From NCBI GenBank assembly GCA_903887455.1, contig CAISPT010000108.1:3235-67234 (forward strand): a DNA stretch of 64,000 bases, read 5' to 3'. Of this stretch, positions 37,544 to 45,824 are shown piece after piece. Below the pieces are notes generated by a model. The model saw only the letters and a list, made by a program, of their open reading frames with translations. It was not told where the DNA came from and searched no databases. The translations under genes and the position numbers were made by a program. Every line of letters starts with the position of its first letter. Within the stretch, counting starts at the first letter, position 1. The stretch is from an uncultured Opitutaceae bacterium (GTDB lineage: Bacteria; Verrucomicrobiota; Verrucomicrobiia; Opitutales; Opitutaceae).

Positions 37544-37816
37544 CTACGCCGTGGCGGCGGGCGGCTTGTTCATGAAGCCGTCCAGGTACGCGACGATGTC
37601 CTTCACGGACCTTACCTGCTCGATGTCGCTGTCCGGAATCTTGAGGTGGAACGCCTCCTCGATTTCGAACATGAGTTCCACGGCACCGAAGGAGTCGACC
37701 CCCAGGTCCTCGGCCAGGCGCGAGTCGCCGGTGATCGTATCGATCCCGACGTTTAGCTTCTCGGATAGGATCTTGCGGACTTTCAGGTCAATTTCGGCAA
37801 TCGGCATGGCGTTCAA
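37544..37816 (-). CDS. Acyl carrier protein
   Basis: 90 aa. Has phosphopantetheine-site block LAEDLGVDSFGAVELMFEIEEAF. It overlaps the KS stop by 4 nt. Confidence 0.85.
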   Translation of the reverse strand: MNAMPIAEIDLKVRKILSEKLNVGIDTITGDSRLAEDLGVDSFGAVELMFEIEEAFHLKIPDSDIEQVRSVKDIVAYLDGFMNKPPAATA

Positions 37817-39048
37817 CGGTACCTTGAGAAGATCAGGGCGACATTGCAGTTACCAAATCCGAAAGAATTGGACATCACATGTTCCAACGTTGAGGGCCTG
37901 CTTCGGTGCGGCACGTAGTCCAGGTCGCAGGCCGGGTCCGGATTATCCAGGTTGATCGTGGGCGGAATCACCTGGTCCTGGAGCGCCTTCACGCAGACCA
38001 CGGCCTCGATTGCGCCGGCGGCGCCTATAGCATGGCCGATCATGGACTTAGTCGATGACACTGGGATGGCACGAGCCTCGTCGCCGAACACGGCCTTGAT
38101 GGCCTTTGTCTCGGCGGCGTCGTTCGCCCGGGTCGAGGTCGCGTGGGCGTTGATGTAGTCCACCCTTTGGAGCCCGGCGTCCTTGAGGGCCGCGGCCATC
38201 ACGCGGGCGGCGTCGGCTCCGTCGGGATCCGGCATCACCATGTGATGCGCCCCGGAGTTTCCCGCGTAGCCTGAGATTTCGGCGAGGATCGATGCCCCGC
38301 GGGCGAGCGCCCGATCGCGCTCCTCGAGGATGAGCACGGCGCCACCCTCGCTCATGACAAAGCCGTCCCGGGCCAGCTCGAAGGGACGGGAAGCCGCCGC
38401 CGGATGGGCGTTGTTCTTAGAGAGCACGCGCAGTGCGCAATAGGCGGCAAAATTGAACTCGCTAAAGGGGGCCTCGACGCCTCCGGTGAAGCACATGTCG
38501 ACCTCGCCGTATTGGACCTTCCTGAAGGCCTCCCCGATGGCGTGCGCCCCAGAGGCGCACGCGGTCGAGATCACCAGGTTCGGCCCCTTGAGTCCGTAGC
38601 GGATGGCGATGTGGCTCGCCACGGCGTTAGGGCTTATCCGAGCGACCGAGGCGGGATTAACGCGGTGCGCACCCCGGTCGAAGGCCGCCACGATCTGCTC
38701 CTCGTGAAACAGGAGTCCTCCCAGGCCGGATCCCATGATGACTCCTATCCGGTTGGTATCCTCACTCCCGACCTCAAGGCCGCTCTGCCGGAGTGCCATA
38801 TCGGCGCAGGCGAGGCCGAAATGGACGAACCTGTCCACGCGCTTGGCGATCTCTTCGGGCATGTAGGCGGAGGGCGAGAAATTCTTCACCTGCCCCCCGA
38901 TCTTCGATGCCAGGTTCGAGGTGTCGAAAGCGTCTATATGGGTGATTCCCGAACGTCCGGCGACGTTGGCGTCCCAGAATTCCTGGACCCCGATCCCGTT
39001 GCATGCGACCACCCCGAGACCGGTTACGACTACCCTGCGCTTATTCAT
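37813..39048 (-). CDS. Beta-ketoacyl-ACP synthase, KAS II (FabF-like)
   Basis: 411 aa. Has active-site Cys in STACASGAHAIG, and His residues in INAHATSTRAND and KSMIGHAIGAAG. Confidence 0.88.
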   Translation of the reverse strand: MNKRRVVVTGLGVVACNGIGVQEFWDANVAGRSGITHIDAFDTSNLASKIGGQVKNFSPSAYMPEEIAKRVDRFVHFGLACADMALRQSGLEVGSEDTNRIGVIMGSGLGGLLFHEEQIVAAFDRGAHRVNPASVARISPNAVASHIAIRYGLKGPNLVISTACASGAHAIGEAFRKVQYGEVDMCFTGGVEAPFSEFNFAAYCALRVLSKNNAHPAAASRPFELARDGFVMSEGGAVLILEERDRALARGASILAEISGYAGNSGAHHMVMPDPDGADAARVMAAALKDAGLQRVDYINAHATSTRANDAAETKAIKAVFGDEARAIPVSSTKSMIGHAIGAAGAIEAVVCVKALQDQVIPPTINLDNPDPACDLDYVPHRSRPSTLEHVMSNSFGFGNCNVALIFSRYR

Positions 39049-39112
39049 GGCCTACCATACAAGAGGGTTGGAGCGCGCTTTGGCAGTCAAATATCGGGGC
39101 TGGCTGCCCTGA

Positions 39113-39637
39113 TCAGCCGCCTGTCTCCGCGCCTGCCCGGCGGCGTGCCAGCCTCTCGGCTGCGGAGCGGAGGGGCCCCACGGTTGCCAGGTACACCAGG
39201 GGCACCCAGAAAGGGGCGACGACCGACCAGCCGACGATTCCATGGAGTGCCGTGGAGCCAAACTGGCGGAAGAAATCCGCCGGATGGTGGGCGAAAAGCG
39301 ACATCATGAGCGGGATGTCCAGGCTCGAGCGGGCCGAACCGAGTATCCGGTCCCCGAGACGCACGAACGCCACGATCAGAGGAAAATAAACGAACGTGCA
39401 CAGGGCGTTCACGCCCTGGATGATCGGCTGGTTGAGCCTGAGGGCGACCCCGGCGATGACGCACAGCGTGGTCGTGGTCCCGAGTATTGGAAAAAGGGCA
39501 AGCGCGCTGCCGACCGCGATGCTGAGCGCGACCTTGCTGGGTGAAACGCCCTGGGTCATCTGGCGAATGACCGGGTCCACGATCCAGCGCCGCCAGAAGG
39601 GCGCGGGCTTCACTGGTCCAGAAATCTCTGGGTCCAT
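39113..39637 (-). CDS. DUF2062 domain-containing membrane protein
   Basis: 174 aa from the internal ATG of track ORF 39113..39997. The block GVSPSKVALSIAVGSALALFPILGTTT...LRLNQP resembles DUF2062. The upstream 120 codons are Pro/Arg-rich and overlap the DCC gene. Confidence 0.65.
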   Translation of the reverse strand: MDPEISGPVKPAPFWRRWIVDPVIRQMTQGVSPSKVALSIAVGSALALFPILGTTTTLCVIAGVALRLNQPIIQGVNALCTFVYFPLIVAFVRLGDRILGSARSSLDIPLMMSLFAHHPADFFRQFGSTALHGIVGWSVVAPFWVPLVYLATVGPLRSAAERLARRRAGAETGG

Positions 39638-40038
39638 GCGGGCTCGGTCAGGGGTTTTGGGGCGTGGTTTCCAAGGAAGGCGTTCCGGGTCGCCGCAACG
39701 AGTCGGTAAACTGGGTCGCGCAGCAACGCAGGAATCACCCGCAGCCAGGATACCGCCCGCCAGGGGCCCTCGAGCTCGGCGAAGCAGGCGAGGGCCCCCG
39801 AGCTCCGGAGCAGGTGGACACCTGGCTTCGGGTCGTTCCAGTCGGGAACAAAGACGAGTGTGTCGAAGGATCGGGCCGGGAGGCCCTGCTGGGTCAGGTA
39901 GCGCTGGGCGCTCGGGCCCTGGAGCGGGGCGAACCTCAGTCTGCCGCGGGGATCGCGGCGGATCAGGAACCGGACGACCGCGCTGCACAGGCCGCACTCT
40001 CCGTCGTAGAGCAGCGCGGGAGTCCTCGAATCGGTCAT
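39610..40038 (-). CDS. Thiol-disulfide oxidoreductase DCC-family protein (DUF393)
   Basis: 142 aa if started at MTDSRTP; the ORF extends to 40074. Has motif LLYDGECGLCSAVVRFL. It overlaps the DUF2062 start by 28 nt. Confidence 0.78.
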   Translation of the reverse strand: MTDSRTPALLYDGECGLCSAVVRFLIRRDPRGRLRFAPLQGPSAQRYLTQQGLPARSFDTLVFVPDWNDPKPGVHLLRSSGALACFAELEGPWRAVSWLRVIPALLRDPVYRLVAATRNAFLGNHAPKPLTEPAWTQRFLDQ

Positions 40039-40123
40039 CGGGGGCAAGCTAGCCCAGGTTGTGCGCATCATCAATGACTACGTGCCGAACCCGGTTGGGA
40101 TGCGCCACGGCGGGAAATGGGGG

Positions 40124-40160
40124 TTGACAGTGTCGTGTGTACTAGTATGCATAGTACACA
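40124..40160 (+). promoter_or_regulatory. TTGACA -35-like hexamer (40124-40129) followed by a perfect 9-bp inverted repeat TGTGTACTA-N7-TAGTACACA (40136-40160); probable YtrA/GntR autoregulatory operator
   Basis: Read directly. The right arm ends at the A of the GntR start codon (40160). The GT...AC palindrome type is classical for GntR-family operators. Confidence 0.65.
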
Positions 40161-40546
40161 TGCTTCCTTTCACCATCGTCTTTAGGCCGGGCGAGCCGGT
40201 CTACGAGCAGGTGACGTATGCGGTGAAGAAGGCGATCGCGACCGGCCAACTCCTGCCCGGGGCCCGCTTCCCCGCGGTGAGGACCCTTAGCCAGGAGCTT
40301 CGCATCAACCCCAACACGGCCCACAAGGTCGTGGCCTCCCTGACGGCCGAGGGCGTGCTCCTTGTCCACCCTGGCATAGGGACTGTGGTGGCCCCGCCGG
40401 CGAGTGGGTCGGCCGCCGACCGCTCGGCGCTCCTCGACGACGAACTCGAGCGCCTTGTGGTCGAGGCAAGGCGCCTGGGCCTTGACGAGGAGCGGATCCT
40501 AAACGCTGTCCGCGCCCACTGGAGGAAATTCCCAAAAAACAAATGA
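40160..40546 (+). CDS. GntR-family transcriptional regulator, YtrA subfamily (short effector domain)
   Basis: 128 aa from the internal ATG of track ORF 40061..40546. Has wHTH block PGARFPAVRTLSQELRINPNTAHKVVASLTAEGVLLVHPGIGTVV. It is followed by ABC genes, as in ytrA operons. Confidence 0.85.
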   Translation: MLPFTIVFRPGEPVYEQVTYAVKKAIATGQLLPGARFPAVRTLSQELRINPNTAHKVVASLTAEGVLLVHPGIGTVVAPPASGSAADRSALLDDELERLVVEARRLGLDEERILNAVRAHWRKFPKNK

Positions 40547-41451
40547 ATGCCATCGAATGTGAAAACCTGGGCCGCTCATTCGGTCGCCTGCCGGCCGTCC
40601 AAGGGCTGAACCTGAGCGTGCCCGAGGGAAGTTTCTTCGCGCTTCTCGGGCCCAACGGTGCCGGCAAGTCGACGCTTTTGAAGGTGCTCCTGAACCTCCT
40701 GCGACCCTCCACCGGGTCCGCCCGGGTGCTGGGCCGCCAAAGCACCTCGCTGTCCGCCGGCGACTTTCAAAGGATAGGCTACGTTGCCGATGGGCAGGAC
40801 CTGCCGGACTGGATGACGACCTCGCAGCTCCTGTCTTTCTGCAGGCCCCTCTATCCCTCATGGGACCAATCCCTCGCGACACGCCTCGCGGCGCAATTCG
40901 ACCTGCCGGTCGACCGGGCCCTCAGCAAGCTCTCCCGCGGCATGCGAATGAAGGCGGCGCTCCTCTCGTGTCTGGCCTACAGGCCTGAGCTCATGGTCCT
41001 GGACGAGCCCTTCGGGGGCCTGGATCCTCTGGTCCGCGACGACTTCATACAGGGACTTCTCGAGATCCCTGGAGACGACCGGCCCCGGACCTTCATCGTT
41101 TCCTCGCACGATATCGACGAGGTTGAGCGGCTGGCCGATGACGTGGGATTTCTCGCCGCGGGAAACCTGCTTGTCCACGAGCCCGCGGACGCGCTTCGGA
41201 GACGGTTCAGGTCCATCGAAATTGTCGGGCCCTCAACGATAAAGCCCCCGTCGCCACCGACCGAGGGATGGACCGAAGTGAAGCAGGCGTCGGAAAACGT
41301 CGTTCGCTTCGTGTGCACCTCCTTCGGCGGGGAGGAAGAGGGCCGGATCCGGGCCCGGTTTCCCGGGGCGACCATTTCGATTCAGGCGATGACCCTTCGG
41401 GAGATCTTTCTCGTCCTTGCGCGGGCGGAACGGGGAAAGGGGGCTCTATGA
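40543..41451 (+). CDS. ABC transporter ATP-binding protein
   Basis: 302 aa. Has Walker A GPNGAGKST, signature LSRGMRMK and Walker B LMVLDEPFGGLD. Confidence 0.9.
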   Translation: MNAIECENLGRSFGRLPAVQGLNLSVPEGSFFALLGPNGAGKSTLLKVLLNLLRPSTGSARVLGRQSTSLSAGDFQRIGYVADGQDLPDWMTTSQLLSFCRPLYPSWDQSLATRLAAQFDLPVDRALSKLSRGMRMKAALLSCLAYRPELMVLDEPFGGLDPLVRDDFIQGLLEIPGDDRPRTFIVSSHDIDEVERLADDVGFLAAGNLLVHEPADALRRRFRSIEIVGPSTIKPPSPPTEGWTEVKQASENVVRFVCTSFGGEEEGRIRARFPGATISIQAMTLREIFLVLARAERGKGAL

Positions 41452-43127
41452 GCACGGTGCTCCTGATCATCGGCAAGGACCTGAGGCGTCTGTGGGCCCT
41501 GGCCCTCCTCGGGTTCCTCTTCAGCTTCGTTTCAACGCTGGGATGGTACTGGGACCTGTTCCCGAAGTCCTCGGGGTTTCTCACCTTCATTTTCAGCCAG
41601 GTCTCACCCGTCGTTGTGCTCTTCTTCCTATCGGTGGGCATCGTCCAATCCGACCCGACCATTGGTGACCGGGCGTTCTGGAGGACTCGGCCAATTTCGC
41701 CCGGCGCGCTCCTTTGCGCCAAGCTCCTGACGTTAGTGCTCGTGTTTGGGGTCCCCTCCCTGCTCCTGAACGCCTATCTCGCCCTCTCGATGGATGCGCC
41801 ATCGAGGGTGGCTGTCGGCATGCTGACCGAATCGACCGGGATGCTCCTCATGGAGAGCCTCTTGTTCGCGCTCTTGGGCGCGCTCACCCGGAGCCTGATG
41901 CAGGCAGCCGCGGCCTCGCTTGCCTTTGTCCTTGTGGTCGCGACGTCCGCTGCGCTCATCCCTCTCCCCTTTCTCTTCACCCCCTGGAGGATGGACATTC
42001 CGGGCCATGCCGCGCGGATGGCGGCCGTCGGACTCTATAGCGGTTTGGCCGCCCTTGGACTCCTTGTGCACCTGTTTGCTTCGCGCCGACTAGGGAGGAC
42101 GCTCGGCCTGGGCGCCATCTTCTTGCCCGCCGTCCTTTTTTCCGCGAGCCGCTGGCCGGTCTCGATCGGGGCCGAGGCACCGGAAAGTGCGTCCCCGGCT
42201 AAGGCCGGGACTGCGGCTGACGTCCAAGTCTTGTTGGCACGCCCCGCCTTCGCCTGGAGCAACGGGTATATGAATGACCCCGCGTCGGGGACGGTGGTTC
42301 GCTCGCAGGCCGTGGCCATCAATGCGGCGATCAGGAGCATCCCGCCCGGACGCATCGTCCAGATCGCGTCTATTTCATCGGTTCTGCGCTTCGCGGACGG
42401 AAGGCAGCTCGCCTTTGAGCGGATCGGGCGAGAATTCTGGCCCAACTGGTCGAGCTTCGCCCAGGCCAGCGCTGTCTGCGCCGAGCTGGGCCTTCCGCCT
42501 CCCGTGCCGCCGAGCCAGCCGGACAAGCAACCCAGGCTCCGCCTGTTTAGTGTCATCGACCAGACCGCGGGGGCGTTCGCCGGAAGAAGGGGCACGCTGA
42601 CGGCGACGCTCAAGATCTACGAACTTCAGTTCCGGGAGCTTGCAAGAATGGCTGCAGCCAAAGGCTCGAAATGGACCCATCGGGGGCAGAAGTGGAGGAT
42701 CCGCGATATCGCCGTAAGCGAGGGAAAGGTGGTCGCAAGTCTGCAGCACCTTCGGGCCACAAGCGTTCTCCTCAACGAGGGGCCTTCACACCCTGACGAG
42801 CGCTCGGACCAGTACCGGTACGCCGTGGCGCTGGTCAACCGAGCCCGCGGGGAGTTTGCGCTCGGCTACCACGTGTGGGATTCTTTCGACGCCCCGCAGT
42901 GGTCGATCGACCTCACCACACGCAAAGCCGATTTCACGGAATTCTGGATGATCGGGGGCTCTCGTGCCCCCGCCCCGACCGACGCCGGCTGGCTTGCTGG
43001 GGCGGAGCTCGTTGTCCTGGAGGCGGAGCCGGCGGGTTCGTACGACAAGGATGTGGTCCTCGCTGATTTCGAGATCCCGCAGGTTGCGGATCATGCCGAG
43101 GCCGAGCCCCCTGCGTACTGGCAATAG
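41448..43127 (+). CDS. ABC-associated membrane protein: N-terminal multi-TM (ABC-2-like) region plus ~280-aa C-terminal extracytoplasmic domain
   Basis: 559 aa from the ATG overlapping the ATPase stop (ATGA). It has about 7 hydrophobic helices in the first 270 aa, followed by a soluble region with no motif I recognise. Confidence 0.65.
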   Translation: MSTVLLIIGKDLRRLWALALLGFLFSFVSTLGWYWDLFPKSSGFLTFIFSQVSPVVVLFFLSVGIVQSDPTIGDRAFWRTRPISPGALLCAKLLTLVLVFGVPSLLLNAYLALSMDAPSRVAVGMLTESTGMLLMESLLFALLGALTRSLMQAAAASLAFVLVVATSAALIPLPFLFTPWRMDIPGHAARMAAVGLYSGLAALGLLVHLFASRRLGRTLGLGAIFLPAVLFSASRWPVSIGAEAPESASPAKAGTAADVQVLLARPAFAWSNGYMNDPASGTVVRSQAVAINAAIRSIPPGRIVQIASISSVLRFADGRQLAFERIGREFWPNWSSFAQASAVCAELGLPPPVPPSQPDKQPRLRLFSVIDQTAGAFAGRRGTLTATLKIYELQFRELARMAAAKGSKWTHRGQKWRIRDIAVSEGKVVASLQHLRATSVLLNEGPSHPDERSDQYRYAVALVNRARGEFALGYHVWDSFDAPQWSIDLTTRKADFTEFWMIGGSRAPAPTDAGWLAGAELVVLEAEPAGSYDKDVVLADFEIPQVADHAEAEPPAYWQ

Positions 43128-43132
43128 TCCAC

Positions 43133-43160
43133 GGATTCGGCGAGGGTTGCCGCCGAATCC
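43133..43160 (+). promoter_or_regulatory. 10-bp perfect stem hairpin GGATTCGGCG-N8-CGCCGAATCC in the 35-nt gap before the kinase gene
   Basis: Read directly. Arms are 43133-43142 and 43151-43160. The right arm ends 2 nt before the ATG at 43163. Confidence 0.5.
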
Positions 43161-43162
43161 CC

Positions 43163-44248
43163 ATGAAGCAGCTTCGCCTCATTGCCGACGACCTCGCGGG
43201 CGCACTCGACACCTCGGCGCAGTTCGCGGCTGTCGGCAGCAGGATCAGGGTCTACCTGGACGGAAAGCCGCCCGCGGACCTGACGGGCTCGGTCGCTATC
43301 GATGCGGCGACCCGGGAGGCCGGGGCGGATGCCGCGGAGGCCTCGGCAGCGCGGCTGGCCGGCGTGCTCACTCCCGACTGCGGCTCCATCGCCTACATGA
43401 AGGTCGACAGCTGGCTCCGGGGCCATCCTGGCCTCGAGTTGGGGACGGTGCTCCGCCACAAGAGGTTTGACCGGTGCATCGTCGCCCCCGCCTTTCCGGC
43501 GCATGGTCGCATTACGCGTGGCGGCCGGCAGTACCTTCTCTCCGAGGGGGCCCGCCAGCCTGTGGGCGAGGATATCGGGGCGGTCCTTCGCTCTATGGGC
43601 ATCGCCGTGGCGCAAAGGAGGCCGGGGGATGAGGTTCCAGAGGGCGTCTCCCTTTGGGACGCGGCTACGGACATGGATCTTGGGTTGATCGCGAGGGCGG
43701 GTGGCGAGGTGCGGGGATCCGTTCTCTGGTGCGGCAGCGGGGGGCTCGCCTCCGCCGTCGCCGGACCCAGGCCGGCGCGAATCTTTTCCCTGGGTAAACC
43801 GCTCCTTGGCGTCGTCGGATCCGACCACCCCGTGACGGCGGCCCAGCTCGAGGCAAGCGCCGAGGATGTCGTCCGCACGTCCGGAGGCGGGGCGGAGGTC
43901 CCCCTTATTCGATCGAGGATGGGAGCGGAGGGCTTTTGCGTCGTGTGCTTCGACCTGCCGGCTGGAACCGGCAGGGCCGACGCAGCCATTCGCATCGCGC
44001 AGGCGATCGGGAACATCACCCCTTTTGGTCCCAGGCCCGCCAGCCTTTTGGTCTCCGGGGGTGAGACGACGCGCGCCCTGTGCCTTTCGGTGGGCGCGGA
44101 CCACCTTGAGGTGGAGGGGGAGCTTTCCCCCGGGATACCGGTGTCGAGGATCGCGGGGGGAATGTGGGACGGCGTCCGCCTGGTCTCGAAGTCCGGCGCC
44201 TTCGGGGACGAAATGATGCTGCTGAGGCTGAAGGCGCTGCTCTCCTAG
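43163..44248 (+). CDS. Four-carbon acid sugar kinase family protein (DUF1537-type)
   Basis: 361 aa. The N-terminus LRLIADDLAGALDTSAQF matches the ADD(F/L)TGA start of the family. The C-terminal block LLVSGGETTRAL is the nucleotide-binding domain signature. Confidence 0.7.
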   Translation: MKQLRLIADDLAGALDTSAQFAAVGSRIRVYLDGKPPADLTGSVAIDAATREAGADAAEASAARLAGVLTPDCGSIAYMKVDSWLRGHPGLELGTVLRHKRFDRCIVAPAFPAHGRITRGGRQYLLSEGARQPVGEDIGAVLRSMGIAVAQRRPGDEVPEGVSLWDAATDMDLGLIARAGGEVRGSVLWCGSGGLASAVAGPRPARIFSLGKPLLGVVGSDHPVTAAQLEASAEDVVRTSGGGAEVPLIRSRMGAEGFCVVCFDLPAGTGRADAAIRIAQAIGNITPFGPRPASLLVSGGETTRALCLSVGADHLEVEGELSPGIPVSRIAGGMWDGVRLVSKSGAFGDEMMLLRLKALLS

Positions 44249-44308
44249 GTCTACCAAGGACCGCGGAATCGGTTGGACTGCGCCCGCCAGCGGGCTTTCG
44301 CTCTGGCG

Positions 44309-45226
44309 ATGACCCCCTTACCCCTGCGGCGCGTGTTTGCGTTGATGCTGATCGCGGCGAACCTCCACGCCGGCTCCGATCCCCTGAAACTCTGGCCGGG
44401 CGAGGCCCCCGGGGAAAAGCCCGGAGCGCCGAAGAACGACGAGACCGGCAAGCCGAGCGACTACAAGGTCGGCGGCCGCCCGATACTGATCCTGAACAAC
44501 ATCTCGGACCCGACGCTCACGGTCTACCGCCCCGCCCCCGACAAGGACACCGGGGCCGGAGTCGTCGTTTTCCCGGGCGGGGGCTACAACATCCTGGCGA
44601 TCGACCACGAGGGGACCGAGGCCTGCGAGTGGCTCGACTCGGTCGGCGTGACTGCGGTCCTCGTGAAGTACCGCGTGCCGAGGCGCGAGGGGCGCCTTCC
44701 CTACGCGGCCCCGCTCGAGGACGCACAACGGGCCGTCGGCATCGTTAGGCTTCACGCCGCGGAGTGGGGGATAGACCCGAAGCGCGTCGGTGTCATGGGC
44801 TTCTCCGCCGGCGGAAACCTCTGCGCCGTCCTCTCGGCAAAGGCCGGCTCGCGCACCTACCCGCGGGTTGATGCCGCGGACGACCAGCCGTGCCGGCCCG
44901 ACTTCCAGATCCTCGTCTACCCGGCGTACCTGGTGCCGGACAACGACCTCTACACCCTTGCCCCCGAGGTGGCCGTGACGCCCGAAACCCCGCCCGCCTT
45001 CATGGTGATGGCCGAGGACGACGGGATACATGTCGAGGGCATCCTGGCCTACGGCACGGCGCTAAAGAAGGCCGGCGTGCCGTTCGAGCTCCACGCCTAC
45101 CCGACCGGCGGCCACGGCTTCGGGCTCCGGCCAACCGGCAACCCGGCCCTGGAGTGGCCGCATCGCGCGGAGGAGTGGATGAGGTACGCAGGCTTCCTCG
45201 GCCCGAAGGCACCCGCTAAGCCCTAA
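44309..45226 (+). CDS. Secreted alpha/beta hydrolase (esterase), paralogue of 27266..28144
   Basis: 305 aa from the second ATG of the ORF. Has a signal peptide, VVVFPGGGY and GFSAGG. The C-terminus GGHGF matches its paralogue. Confidence 0.75.
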   Translation: MTPLPLRRVFALMLIAANLHAGSDPLKLWPGEAPGEKPGAPKNDETGKPSDYKVGGRPILILNNISDPTLTVYRPAPDKDTGAGVVVFPGGGYNILAIDHEGTEACEWLDSVGVTAVLVKYRVPRREGRLPYAAPLEDAQRAVGIVRLHAAEWGIDPKRVGVMGFSAGGNLCAVLSAKAGSRTYPRVDAADDQPCRPDFQILVYPAYLVPDNDLYTLAPEVAVTPETPPAFMVMAEDDGIHVEGILAYGTALKKAGVPFELHAYPTGGHGFGLRPTGNPALEWPHRAEEWMRYAGFLGPKAPAKP

Positions 45227-45737
45227 TTGGCGGCAGGGGGGATCGGTACTGCTCAAGGAGGCTCCGGGTCGTCACCGGGAGCTCGAAGCCTTCGAGCCTG
45301 TAGAGAAGGTCGTCGACGCGCGGCGTGAACTCAGGCGCTCCCTTTGCAGGGAAGCTGACCCTTGCGCGAAGCGTGAAGACGAGCGCCAGGTGGAACGCCG
45401 GCTGCGCCAGGGCGGGCAGGTCCCGGTCCTCGTAGGACAGGCCCGCCTGGTAGTTGAGGGCGGCGAAGACCACGCACTTGTCCCTGGCGTTCTCAGGGCT
45501 CTCCCTCTGCGTCAGCTGTTCGAACAGGGCCTCCTCGTCGAGGGATCCCAGCTCCGAGACGGTAAGTCCGAAGAGCCGCTCGACGCCGTCGATCACCGTC
45601 TGCACGGCAAGTCCGGGCTGGCCCATCTCGCGCTGGTGGGTGATCTGCGCCAGGAGCTGAGCGGCCTGCTCGATCAGCCTGAGGATGTAATCTCGTTGTG
45701 CCACGGTGGGTTTGTCGTCCCGAATCGGGGGCAACAC
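45216..45737 (-). CDS. Hypothetical protein (173 aa), possibly DUF6483-like
   Basis: The N-terminal DYILRLIEQAAQLLAQI is reminiscent of DUF6483. Otherwise it is unassigned. Confidence 0.5.
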   Translation of the reverse strand: MLPPIRDDKPTVAQRDYILRLIEQAAQLLAQITHQREMGQPGLAVQTVIDGVERLFGLTVSELGSLDEEALFEQLTQRESPENARDKCVVFAALNYQAGLSYEDRDLPALAQPAFHLALVFTLRARVSFPAKGAPEFTPRVDDLLYRLEGFELPVTTRSLLEQYRSPLPPIRA

Positions 45738-45824
45738 TTGCCCAATCCCGGCTTTTGCACTACATAATTAGGCTCTGCACCCCAAAGACGGGACAACCCG
45801 ATTAACCGCAGCTAGGATACACCC

